Source: Chiloscyllium plagiosum (Eukaryota). From it: a DNA stretch of 64,000 nt. Positions within the stretch are counted from its first letter, which is position 1; each line of letters opens with the position of its first letter. The stretch covers positions 81,462,840 to 81,526,839 of the forward strand of contig NC_057719.1 in assembly GCF_004010195.1 (NCBI RefSeq). The letters are read 5' to 3'. This document shows positions 1 to 11,543 of the stretch, one piece after another. The position numbers and the translations under genes were made by a program. The notes below the pieces were generated by a model. That model saw only the letters and a list, made by a program, of their open reading frames with translations. It made no database searches and was not told where the DNA came from.

Positions 1-1076
1 AGACTCCCTGATTAGACCAGATTAGTAGCCCCAGTAAGGGAACTCATTCTATGAGGTCCACCTGGATGACTTCATTCTACTCATTACCCACCCTGCGATC
101 TACCCCCTTCTGTTATTCAGCGATGGCTACGGATCCCTTAATGATACTTAGCCTCACCCTGATAAGAGACTAATTCGCCAGCATCTCTCAGCAGCCAAGA
201 CTACTGGTCCCTGTGTCCTTAATCCTAAAGAGTCTGTGCGCTGTATAGTTACGTGCCTGACCATTAAAGGAGTTATGCAAGACTTATACCAGCACTCTAA
301 GCATGGGATCAGTCCCTGTCACTTCTGCTAAGTACCATGCTCTTCTGGGGGAAGCTCAGGAGGACTAAGATGATAAATCCTATTTATTTTTAAGCCTGTG
401 CATAGATTTTCTGTTTGGTTCTGCCACAGGATGCACTTAAACCTCAATTGCCCTGCTATACTTACAGTACACCAAATTTAAGTATGATCCGTTCAGAATG
501 GTTCAGTATATTATGGAATATTTGCCTCACCAATGGAAGTCTAGGCTGAGTGGGGTGGGGTGAAGGAATAAAAACAGTACATTTGGCCTCGCACAGAAAC
601 TCGATGGGAAGGACATCATGTTTGACAAACCCCATATGACCATGCTAAGTGCCCCTTGATCTTGCTTTTCATTATTTCCTCCTTCAGGATATTTCGTAAT
701 GTTTTTACCACATCAGATACCGCATATTTTTATGCCTTTTTTTAAATCTGACTTACAATTCTTTCTGCATTTTGTGACATTTTATGCTGCACACCAGTGT
801 CCAACTACAACAGCAAACCTTTTCCAACATCCTGACACAAAGGATTCCCACAACGTGGAGAAGTGATATACAGTTCATCACTCTCTATTGTTCTCTGCTC
901 TGCTCTGCTGAGAAGTACGATGTTAGTGTACTTAGACACTACAGTAATACAAATCATAACACTTGAGGTTTGAAATTAATATATGGTCTTCCTCTAGTTT
1001 TTGAAGTAAAATACATTCAATATTCAAGTATAAATTCAAATTCTATCATTATAAACATTTAATTTTCACTTTAAAG

Positions 1077-2164
1077 ACCCATATATCCAGGCCAGATACT
1101 ACAGATCTCCGGAGATTCTCTTGGGGTTGCCTTTCTGTGAAAAGCTGGATATGTGGTCCCTCGGTTGTGTTCTAGCTGAACTTCGACTTGGTAAACCTTT
1201 GTATCCTGGTAAGAATCAATATGATCAGATCAGAATAATTGTTGAAACCCAAGGTCAACCCCACGACCATCTGCTCAACCAAGCAAGTAAGACTCACCTT
1301 TTCTTCAAAAGAAACTCTTATCCTTCATCAGCTCACCAGTGGCAACTTAAGTCATTGTCTGAGTACCAGTCAAAGATGTTTGCACAACCTTTGGAGCCAA
1401 GGAGACATAACTTAAAGTCCCTCGATGAGCTTGAAATATTCAGCATCATCGAAACATTGTCCCCAAATGGTGATGATATTGCCGAGTTCCATGATCGCAA
1501 CAGTATGTTAGCTCTTGTGAAGAGAATGTTGAACTTTGATCCCAAAAATCGCATTTCTCCAAGACTTGCATTACAGCATCCATTCATCACCATGGAGGAA
1601 CTGGAGAAAAACCATAAAGATACAAAGTATTATGAGCTGTCTGTTCAAAGCCTCGATGCTGCTCTGAATTATGTTAAAACTGAAAATAACAAAAATAATT
1701 TTCACCTGCTTCAGAACTGTAATAATTCAAGTACTGTGCACCGTGAGAGTACAGAGGACCAATGCAATCATAGTTACTCCTTTGGAAAAGCAGTCGTTGA
1801 TAAAAGGGACAATGTCACTTTTGGAAAGTCAAGAAAAAATATGATGCCACCTGGGGGAAAGAGCCATCTAGTTCATGAACCCTTCAGTGCTTGTGCAGGG
1901 GATGCCCGACGCCCCCTTTATCCATATCAAGAAACTTGTCACCAAATCTATTGGTCTGTACACAGGCATGTTGCAGAATCAACACCAGGAAATCCTACCA
2001 ATCCACTTCTGTCAGATCATTCTTTTAGCAGTGTGATTCAACTTGATCTGAAGCCTGATAAGGATAGAAACAGTAATAAGCACTCGATTGTCTTTCCATT
2101 AATGAAAGGTCAAGAGAATGGGGACAACAAACCCGAAAAGTACCCAAGATCTTCTATAACGGAG
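1077..2164 (+). CDS. HIPK4: HIPK4-like kinase, large internal coding exon (kinase subdomains VIII-XI plus start of C-terminal tail); the first exon lies upstream of the window
   Basis: Acceptor tttcactttaaag|A at 1076/1077. Reads PYIQARYYRSPEILLGLPFCEKLDMWSLGCVLAEL..LYPGKNQYDQIR.I.ETQG..FFKRN..WQLKS..SMLALVKRML..RISP..AL.HPF, matching HIPK4 as I recall it. Donor GAG|GTAAGA at 2164 (phase 0); unspliced read-through stops at 2227. Confidence 0.9.
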
Positions 2165-2723
2165 GTAAGACATATAGGAATCTATAAACAGTTGAAAAAT
2201 GATTATTGGAATTTACTAATCAAATAAATATTACTCATACTTATTAATTTCTGCACGGTTGAAAAATGTCAGTTATTAGTGAAGGGAGGTTCAGAGTATA
2301 TTTTACATATAGTAAATACAATAAGTTAATAATCATTTAATCATGCTATGTAATGCAGTTTTCTTGAAGAGTAGAGTGTCACTCTAACAACAGAATGCTT
2401 TTTGCTCGCCTTCCTCAGGGACAGAATTGAAAGAACGACAAATTTCAAAGGGAATAACAATTTGTACTGGAAGGGAAAAGGGTTATAATTGATTTGCAAG
2501 TGGATTCTGGTCGAAATATTGTCATGGAGAATGCACCAGGTGACATTTGTCCCTGAATACGCAGCATGCTTAATTAGTCCCTGTTTGTAAAACTCAGAAC
2601 ACTAGATCCAACAGTAGATTGATTCTGCTGTTAATTTTTTAAGGTCTAAGAATTGCACAACAACTGATACAATACTATCAGTGGGGCTCACAATAGGACT
2701 TACTTACACCTGTCAGAAGCTCA

Positions 2724-2940
2724 TGATTTGGAGATGCCGGTGTTGGACTGGGGTGTAACAAAGTTAAAATCACACAACACCAGGCTATAGTCCAACAGGT
2801 TTAATTGGAAGCACACTAGATTTCAGAGCACCGCTCCTTCATCAGTTACATGACACTGTAAATTTTTGCTATAAATTCTGTGCCTTACAATTGTGTCTTC
2901 CACAACCACCCGATGATGGTGTTGTGCGATTTTTAACTTT
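2724..2940 (-). mobile_element. Penelope-like element terminal-repeat fragment (family B)
   Basis: Reverse complement of the 37005-37130 copy; contains a hammerhead-like CTGATGAAGGAGC..GCTC.GAAA on the minus strand. Confidence 0.65.
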
Positions 2941-3112
2941 GCTAGAAGCTACCAATGTTGTGGCAATATTTAACCAATCAGAATCAACTTACTGGTTTGA
3001 ATTTAAACAAATGTTTAGGAATGTCTGTTTCCATGGCAACACCTTGAGCAACGAGGAATCCACTTGCCAACTAATTAACAGCCATTCTTCGTGCAGAAGA
3101 AATTATCATACA

Positions 3113-3223
3113 GTTGGTTAGCTCAGTTGGCTGGTTTGTAATACACAGTAGTGTCTCTAACATGTGTTCAATTCCTGCACTGGCTGGGGTTATCATGAAA
3201 GTCCCTCCTCTCAATCTCACCCT
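3113..3223 (+). mobile_element. tRNA-derived SINE head, split by the provirus (continues at about 12160-12222)
   Basis: A-box-like TTAGCTCAGTTGG and B-box-like GTTCAATTCC; the sequence resumes directly after the right LTR. Confidence 0.5.
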
Positions 3224-3836
3224 TGTTAGAAACAAACTCAATAAAATTTTAGACGAGACCAATAAATCTGGAAACAAGACAATTTATTACGGACTTGCAA
3301 GTACGGGCTGCAACTGCACAAAGCAATTGAGCGAATTAGACTGGGGTTAGTTTACAATTATACCTTTTGAGCTGAGTGAGGTCACCTCTCCAGACTCCTA
3401 ATTACCCAATCTCTCTTACTAGGCTATACAACTGCCCATCTTCGCTCCACCCTTGTTACTTCCCCTTTCCCATGTTGGCAACCTTTCTCCCTGTTTGTGC
3501 TGACATTTTCATTATTTTGTCGATAGTACATCAAGATATAGTTTAACATTTTGTATCAATACTGCTGGTACATTCCATTCTCCGTACACTTCATCAACTT
3601 TGTGTCATTTTTGTACAGCTCAGACATTTTAGTTATCTCAGTTTTTTTGCTGAAAACTTATTTTAAAAGAGTTAACTTGCTTATATTATACTCCAGAATT
3701 AGTATTTAATTAACCATAATTAAAAGTAAAGATACACTTCCCTAAGTACCTGCAGAGTTAATAATTCTTCTGCTGGACCCCTCTTCTTCATGTTCTTTTA
3801 TATCTGCAAAAACAACACTTCTTTTCATTTCTAACA
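3224..3836 (-). repeat. ERV1 3' LTR
   Basis: Direct repeat of 11544-12155 (about 9 substitutions and 1 indel by eye); preceded in viral sense by the PPT. Confidence 0.96.
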
Positions 3837-3853
3837 GCTCCCCCATTTCTTTT
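3837..3853 (-). promoter_or_regulatory. ERV1 polypurine tract
   Basis: AAAAGAAATGGGGGAGC immediately before the 3' LTR TG. Confidence 0.85.
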
Positions 3854-4029
3854 ATTTTACTATTTGTTGTTTTTGCAATTTTTATTCTCTGCCCTCTTTT
3901 CACCCTAAGATATAGAGGTTCACAATCTTACCGTTTCTGCTCTCTTAAATCTGCCTTTTTTTTTCAAACTCTGAGTAATCTATTACTCTCTCTTTCTTGT
4001 GTGTTTAATGTTGTCATGATCATCATTGA

Positions 4030-5239
4030 TTATTGACCTCCCAAGGACATTATCAACTTATTCATTATCCACTTTAACACGTTAAATCCTATTATTAGTC
4101 CTACTATTATTAGTAAGACATAAATGCCTAAATTAGCTAACCATTTTCCCCAACTGGTCAGTCCCCAGTCATCCCATTCCCATCTCTCATCTTTTCGAAG
4201 TTTATTCTCAACTTCTTTTATATTCTTTATCTTTTTCTTTACTATTTCTGCCTTATCTTCTACTAGGGAAGTGGCGTCTGGGATGAAGGTGCAACATTCT
4301 TTACCAATTAGTGCACAGGTTCCCCCTTTTTCGGCCAAGAGATAATCTAGAGCCATTCAATTTTATAAAGCTGTTAATCTTGTGGCAATCACTTTGGTGG
4401 TTATGGCCGATATTTAGGTCTGAGTTTCTTCCATTACATCGGAGGTATTATTAATTAATTTCTCAAGGGCAGCCGCCAGTTTATGTATTTCTCCCCCTGC
4501 CCTTGCAGTACCGTAGCTTGGGAATATTGTCCACAACAGACGGTTAGAGACCTATCGGGTCTTATGTTATACTCCCCCTTCATTTCTCAGGTTGTGTTCA
4601 TGTTTTTCTAATCGGAGGTGAGGAATTATATAAGCAAGATAACAGCAGCCACTCCAGCTTTTCTTGTTTTGAGGCAATGAATCATCAACATCAAAATATG
4701 CATTTCTTCCTATACATTCAGTTATTCGAATGTATTTCTCCCGGGAATAAATGGATAGGCCTGCTGGCCGCATACCCAATATGTTCCATTCAATATTTGG
4801 GGAACAGTCTTGGCCGTGGCTTGGCTGGTGTAGACACAAGATGATTTTCCTATTTGGAAGGGTGCAGCATTATTCCAATTACAAAAGCAGGTGGTATTTA
4901 CTGCTCCTTTCAGTGGGGTAATTATAAAGCCATCGATAATACCCTTGGTTCTCGGAGCTGGTCTAGGGAATCATCCTGCAAAGTTATATTTGTCCTTTTC
5001 GTGACTCCACATTGTGTTATTTGTGCCTGAATTAAATCATACACTTCCTTTTTGGTAAGTGGTATTACTGAGGTGGGGATTCCAGATTCACCATGGTGTG
5101 GAACCTCTGCACAGACCCAACAATTAGTAAGTCCTTTTTGTTCAGCATAATTTTGGCATAGTGTAGTAAAGTGATTTCTCCCGTTTCCTCGAATAGTTAG
5201 TATTACTATTGTTATAATATTATACCAATACCCACCCAT
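4030..5239 (-). pseudogene. env: ERV1 env, disrupted (gamma-type SU/TM)
   Basis: Hydrophobic N-terminus, CWVC (CXXC), ISD remnant L*N*MALDYLLA, CX6CC (CALIGKECC), TM helix. Multiple stops and frameshifts. Confidence 0.9.
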
Positions 5240-5368
5240 TTCTAACAACTATCTACCTTCCTGTCTATCTGTCTTATTTCTTTAGGCGCCAGGAAGAGGT
5301 GAGTCCACACAGCCCTTACAATCAATAACAATATATCAGCAAACTTTAAAAGAGTCTTTTGTCTCAAT

Positions 5369-8300
5369 TCATTCTTTCTTTCTCAGCTTAATTTTCAGAG
5401 GATTTTCTGTAGGATGGGCGTGCCACTCCGCCACTGGGGCGTTCACAGGATCTTTGACACGGGTGTGATGGCTCCATCCTTTCTCAGCAGTCCGAACAGC
5501 TGTTTCGGTGGTTAGAAGAGTTAGGAACGGTCCCTCCCAACTTGGGTGTAGTTTGGTATCCTTCCAGGTTTTAAGCAAGACCCAATCACCTGGTCGTATA
5601 CGGTGTACTGCAAACTCTAGTGGTGATGTTTGTCCCAACAAGCCTTTGTTCCTAAGAACAGATAATGAAGAACCAAGTGCCATAATATAATTTTTCAAAA
5701 ATTTATCATTAAACTCGGCTGTAGGTACCTCTCCTTTCCCTCCTAGAAATGGTAGTCCAAACATCATTTCATAAGGGGAAAGACCAATATCGCGCCTCGG
5801 GGCAGTTTGGACACGTAATAGTACAATAGGCAAACATTTGGTCCACGGTAATCGAGTCTCTATGACTAATTTAGATAATTGTTCCTTCAACGTCTGATTC
5901 ATTCGTTTCGACACGTCCGGAGGAGGGTGGGTGCCAAGGTGTGTGAAATTCCCAAGAGATTTCTAATCCTGCCATTACTCCTTGTAGGATACTACAAGTA
6001 AAATGGCTACCTTGATCTGAATCTATATTTTCCACTATACCATATCTTGGAATAATATGTTCGAGAAAGGTTTTTACCACTCCTTTTGAGGTGGCTGATG
6101 ACATTGGGAGTGCTTCTACCCACCCTGTTAAATGGTCTACTAAGACCAACAGGTATTTCTGCTTTCCCACTGGGGATAGTTCAGTATAGTCTACTTGTAT
6201 ACTTTGGAAGGGTCTCACCCCGGGTTTCTTCCTCCTTTGAGTATTTCCCTTATTATTTTCTTATTAATCTTCTGGCAAGTTGTACATCCTATGCATATTT
6301 GTTTTGCTAATGTATAGATTCCCTTGCATCCATATTTCCTTAACACAGTGTTGCACATAGCTTGGGAGCCCCAATGACTACCTTGGTGTAAAGTAGCTAC
6401 GGTGTTTCTCATAACTGGTTTACTCACCAATTCCCTCCCATCTGGCTAGATCCATTTTCCTTCAGTTGTCTTATTGGCCCCTATTTCCTGAAATTCTTTT
6501 TCTTCTTCCTCCGTGTACACGAGGTTCACGGAAGAAGAATCAAATAGGGGCATTAGTACTTGCATTCTTGTTACTGTGTGTTTCATAGCTGCTTCTTTGG
6601 CTATTTCGTCTGCTAGCCTGTTTCCCTTTGCTTCTAGTGTGTGTCTTTTCTGGTGTCCGGGTACATGGACTATAGCTATCTCCTGGGGTAATTTTAAGCT
6701 CCCCAATACTTGTCCTATCAATTCTTCATGCTCTAATTCCTTTCCTCTACTATTGATTAGTCCCCATTCTTGCCATATCTTTCCAAAGATATGAGCTACC
6801 CCGTAAGCATACTTAGAGTCAGTGTAAATTGTTCCATCTCAATTCTCTAAGTGTTTTAAAGCTTGGTTCAATGCGTACAATTCAGAAGTCTGTGCTGACC
6901 ATGCGTTAGGTAGCCGGTCAGCTTCTACTATTCGGTTCTCATTACCGTCCACTACTGCGTACCCATTGCATCGTTTTCCTTCCGCTACTCTTGATGACCC
7001 ATCTATAAATAATCTGTCTCCTTCATGTAAAGGAATGTCTCTTAGATCTTGCCTAATCTTAGTCTGATATTCTATGATATCTAAACAGTCATGTTCTAGT
7101 TCTCGTTTGTCTAGAGGTTCTCCCTTCCATAAGAAGGTAGCTGGGTTTAGACAGGTGTATGTTGCTAATACAAGGTCATCTTTTTCCATCAGAATGGCTT
7201 CGTATTTTAAAATTCGCAAATCTGTTAACCATCTTCCTGCCTTTTGGTTTAACACAGTTCTGACTTGATGGGGGGTACTAACTACTAGTGCTCCTCCAAA
7301 AGTGATCTTTCGACTTTCTTCTACCAATATGGCAGTCGCTGCTACTGCCTGTGTACATTCAGGCCATCCTCTTGAAACTGGGTCCAAAACTTTGGACAGG
7401 AAGGCTATAGGTTGTCTATTTCCTCCTCCTTTCTGAGTTAACACTCCTAAGGCTGCTCCATCATTTACTGTTACAAAAAGGTGAAATGGTTTCTCTAGTG
7501 AGGGAAGGGCCAAAACTGGAGCTTGTATTAAGCTACGCTTTAACTCGCATAATTTTTCTTTTTCTTCTTCTGTCCAGTGCAATTTTCCATGTTCGGACTT
7601 AGTCAATTTATAATATAGCCCCTTTGTTTTCTGAGCGTATGACTCTATCTATAATCTGCAAAAGCCCATTAACCCTAGAAAATTCTGTAATTCTCGTTTG
7701 GTTTCCGGGAGGGGCAACTCTACTATCCCTTGAATTCTGTCGGGGTTAATACGTCTAGTTCCTTTGCTAATAAGGTGTCCTAAGTATTTCACCTCTTTTT
7801 CTGCATATTGCAATTTACTCCTAGTTACTCTTAACCCCTGTTGTTCTAGGAAATTTAACAACCCAATGGTATCTGAGCTTACATCATTTCTATTTTGTCC
7901 TGACACAAGTAGATCGTCTACGTATTGCAACAGTGACGTTCCCTGAGGCATTTTATGTTGTTCCAGGACTTGTTCCAGTACTTGCCCAAATAAATTAGGT
8001 GATTTTGTGAACCCCTGGGGAAGTACCGTCATTCGGAATTGTTGTTTTCTGCCAGTGTATGGATTTTCCCATTCAAAAGCAAATATATCACGACTCTCTG
8101 GGGCAAAAGGGCAAGCCCAGAATGCATCTTTTAAATCTATCACACTAAACCAACAGTGGTTGCACGGTATCTTACTAAAAAGGGTATATGGATTAGGCAC
8201 CACTGGGTGGCGTGTCTGAACCAGTCGATTTACTGATCTGAGATCTTGTACTAGTCAGTAAGTCCCCTCTGGCTTCCGAACTGGTAGTATTGGAGTATTA

Positions 8301-8874
8301 AAGGGTGACATGCATGGTTCCAATAGCCCTTCTTTTACTAGGGAGTCTATTATTGGTTGTAGACCCTTGCGTCCCTCTACTAAAACTGGATATTTACTGT
8401 TTTATTTTCTTGTGACAGCGTAATTACAATGGGATTAATGTTTAAATAACCTGTGTTTCCAGTTCTTGCCCACACATTAGGATTTATCTGCTCTTCGTCA
8501 CTGGACGTTAATCTATTCATCAATACAGCTACCGAATTGTTCTCAACTCTGATCTTTAAATTTAGTAAAATTATCAAATCTCTACCTAAAAGGTTGCTTC
8601 CGACATCAGGGATATATAATAATTGTCCAGTTATTTCTTCGTTATTTACTTTTATTAAAGTTGGTTCGAAAACGGGCACTAGGAATTCTTCCCCTTTTAT
8701 TCCATAAATCTTGAGACTTTTGTTAGTTAGCTTAACACCACTAGGTCTAAAGCTTAGGGATGATCAGGCTGCTCCCGTATCCACTAGAAATACTGTTTCC
8801 TCTCCCTTAGGCCCCACCTTTAAATTTATCAAGGGTTCCCAGTGGGTTTCAGGAAGAAGGAACCCCTGACTTCC
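5369..8874 (-). pseudogene. pol: ERV1 pro-pol (protease, RT, RNase H, integrase), disrupted
   Basis: FLVDTGA protease; DLKDAF, LPQGF and YVDD in RT; FIDGSS and AQTSEL in RNase H; HHCC, DSDQG and WEGPF in integrase. Split over several ORFs by stops and frameshifts. Confidence 0.95.
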
Positions 8875-10365
8875 CTATTCTTCATCGAAAGTCATCAACG
8901 AAACTGCTTCTTTTTGTCGCATTAGCTTTGGACAATCTTTCTTATGTCCTGTTACTCCGCAGTAATAACATCCTGCCGAATGTCTTTTTTTATAATCTGT
9001 TCTTTGCCTCTCTTGTCTTTCCTTGTTGCTTTCTGATTCTATCTTTCTCTTTGCAACTTCCTCGACTGCTGCAATCATTACTTTAGCTTTTTGTTTCTGT
9101 TTCTCATCTCTTTTTACATATACTTTCTGTGCTTCATGTAACAATTCCTCCATCTGTCTCTCACTCCATCTATCTAATTTCTGTAACTTCTTTTGTATGT
9201 CTGGCCATGATTTGGTTACGAACTGGACCTTCAAAAGTTCCTGAGCTACCGGATCATTAGTTTTCATTCCTGAATATTTTCTAGTGACTTCTTTTAGCCT
9301 TTGCAAGAAAGCTGACGGGGCTTCATCTTTGTCTTGTCTTACTTCAAAAGCTTTCATAAAATTTTGGGATCTAGGCGCCACCTCTCTGATTCCTAAAATA
9401 ACCATCTCTTGAAAGTCCCTCATTTCTCCTCTATCATGTTCATCCATACCCTTCCATCGTGGGTCTATATTGGGGAATTTGTTTTCAGCTGGTATTACTC
9501 CATCGCCCACAGGGTGTCTCTTTTCCCATTCCCTAAGCGCAGCTCTTCTAATCATACCCCTTTCTTCTCTTGAAAATAGTGTCCCCATAATGCTCATCAG
9601 TTCACCCCATGTATACAAATTCGGTTCCAGGAATTGATCCAACTGTTCTGCCAATCCTACTGGATCTTCAATCAAACTTTTCATTTCTCTTTTAAAAGCC
9701 CTAACTTCACTACTGGTCAGCGGTGCATTAACATATCCGATTTCGCCATTACCGACTGATACTTCTCTAAGGGGATATATTTGTGCCGATGCCCCGCCTA
9801 TGTCCCTCTCTTCACTTCTTTTTACTGCTGATCTCGTTCTAATCGGACTCAAGGGAAGGTCTTTCCCCAGACCTTTTTCAGGTCCTTGTACTGGAGGGGG
9901 TGCTGTGGGAGAGGGAAACGACGGGCCATTATTATCATTGTTATATGGGGGAGGGGGTAAACTTGACAAAGGATCCCAGCGGGAATCCTTTGTTTCCTCA
10001 TTGCCTTCTTCCGTTCTTGACTTATTCAGAATTAAAATTTTCGGGCTCCCTATCCAACAGGCGACGTAGTCAGATTCTTTATAGGAGCACTTATGTTTCC
10101 TATTTACATATATATTTAAATCTTGACATAACCAATCCTCATCTGACCTATATTTAGGCCAAAATACATTTGGGGCTTTAATGCTTTCCTTAGTCCACTC
10201 AAAACAACAAACTTTTATCATTTGTTTTTTGTCTTTTCCTCGCGTCCAAGGATTGTATTTCCAATCTCTTAGCATTTTTCCTAAAGGACTGTCCATTGGG
10301 ATATAGTCTTCGGATGTCTCTCTCATGTCTCTTTCTACATCTGAATTGCTATTCTTATTTCCCAT
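8875..10365 (-). CDS. gag: ERV1 Gag, open 496-aa frame
   Basis: MGNKNS myristoylation start, PPPY and PTAP late domains, MHR-like VRQDKDEAPSAFLQRL, one zinc knuckle (CYYCGVTGHKKDC), ends in TAG in frame with pro. N-terminus resembles HERV-I-group Gag. Confidence 0.93.
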   Translation of the reverse strand: MGNKNSNSDVERDMRETSEDYIPMDSPLGKMLRDWKYNPWTRGKDKKQMIKVCCFEWTKESIKAPNVFWPKYRSDEDWLCQDLNIYVNRKHKCSYKESDYVACWIGSPKILILNKSRTEEGNEETKDSRWDPLSSLPPPPYNNDNNGPSFPSPTAPPPVQGPEKGLGKDLPLSPIRTRSAVKRSEERDIGGASAQIYPLREVSVGNGEIGYVNAPLTSSEVRAFKREMKSLIEDPVGLAEQLDQFLEPNLYTWGELMSIMGTLFSREERGMIRRAALREWEKRHPVGDGVIPAENKFPNIDPRWKGMDEHDRGEMRDFQEMVILGIREVAPRSQNFMKAFEVRQDKDEAPSAFLQRLKEVTRKYSGMKTNDPVAQELLKVQFVTKSWPDIQKKLQKLDRWSERQMEELLHEAQKVYVKRDEKQKQKAKVMIAAVEEVAKRKIESESNKERQERQRTDYKKRHSAGCYYCGVTGHKKDCPKLMRQKEAVSLMTFDEE

Positions 10366-10630
10366 TTTAATACTCGGCCGTTTTCTTTATATAATTTTAA
10401 TTAACCTCTCTGAAGTTCAGTGTTACCTTCTTCCACACTCACTTCAGGGTCCTAATCTCCGCGTGGGGGTTTCCCCTGTTAATAACTGGTCTAAGGCTGG
10501 GTGATTGAATCAGTTAGACACCTTACTTGTTAGATTAATCTAGCAATTAAAGACCTTTATTCTCTATTTTGCCAATTCCCCCGTACTTCTCATACGGAAC
10601 CGACCACCAAAGTAATACTTAAAGATCAAT

Positions 10631-11360
10631 TTGTCTGTGCACAAAAGTTACCTGGTCGAATGGGCGCCCTGTCCTGCAGCAATACCAGACAGCAAAAACC
10701 GTTGTCAATCTAGGTCGCCCGAAATTTACCTTCACCCGGGTCTTATGTACACAAGAGTAACCCGACCGAAGCACCACGTCTTAGTGCCCTTCGCACCACG
10801 GCGAAACAGCAAGTAATGCTGCAAATCCCGGCCGCCCGAATACGGGTCTCAAGTTCATAAGAGTTACCCGACCAAACCACCACATCTCAGCGCACCCAGA
10901 ACCACGGCGAAACAGCAAGTACTGCTGCAAATCCCGGCCGCCCGCGAATGTGGGTCTTAAGTCCATAAGAGTTACCCGACCAACCCGCCGTGTCCCAGTG
11001 CGCCTCGCTCGTGGCAACCCGCCGCGTCTTAGTTCACCTTGTCCGTGGCAAAGACTAAGAACAAATGTCGCTGCAAATCTAGATCGGTCTTGTGTACATA
11101 AGAGTTACCCGACAAACCACCACATCTCAGCGCACCCAGAACCACGGCGAAACAGCAAGTACTGCTGCAAATCCCAGCCGCCCACAAATGCGGGTCTTAA
11201 GTCCATAAGAGTTACCCGACCAACTCGCCGTGTCTTAGTGCGCCTTGCTCATGGCAAAGACTGACAACAAAAGAAAACCTGCTGCCTTTCCCGGTCGCCT
11301 GGTTAATACTTATTTAACACCTTTTTCTTACCCGGGTCTTATGCACAAGAGTTACCCGAC
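10631..11360 (-). repeat. Array of about 30-nt bulged hairpin repeats in the ERV1 5' leader (6 clear copies plus 1 degenerate)
   Basis: Viral-sense GTCGGGTAACTCTTRnnnnnnTAAGACCCG at 10737, 10843, 10951, 11085, 11191 and 11333; spacing 106-142 bp. Confidence 0.9.
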
Positions 11361-11520
11361 TGAACCCGCCACATTGCGTCTGCCTGTCTGTTTCCAGGGT
11401 CTTTCAGTTCGGATCTCGCTCGCCCGAGCCGCCGCGGCAATGGGGGAAAAGTAGAGACCGCCGAAATCAGCAGGGTGCATCTCCGATTTTTCCGAAATTG
11501 CCGAGCGACTGGAGCTTGGG

Positions 11521-11539
11521 ATCCCAGGACGAGCACCCA
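11521..11539 (-). promoter_or_regulatory. ERV1 primer-binding site, tRNA-Pro-like
   Basis: TGGGTGCTCGTCCTGGGAT just inside the 5' LTR, versus canonical Pro PBS TGGGGGCTCGTCCGGGAT. Confidence 0.8.
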
Positions 11540-11543
11540 AATC

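Noticed and set aside
4556..4566. CGGGTCTTATG in env matching the leader hairpin arm
   Set aside because: A single 11-mer without the complementary arm; probably chance.
10790..11190. Hammerhead, hairpin or HDV-like ribozyme in the leader spacers (CGAAAC, GTCCCAG..CCTCGCT, GCGAATG motifs)
   Set aside because: No CUGANGA box or NUH in the right place, and I could not build the required helices. An Infernal search would settle it.
10781..11264. Leader ORFs as an accessory gene like epsilonretrovirus orfC
   Set aside because: Non-ATG starts, short, and simply translations of the repeat on both strands.
10737..11360. CRISPR array (palindromic 30-nt repeats with spacers)
   Set aside because: Vertebrate proviral leader; spacers are 76-113 nt and homologous to one another; no cas genes.
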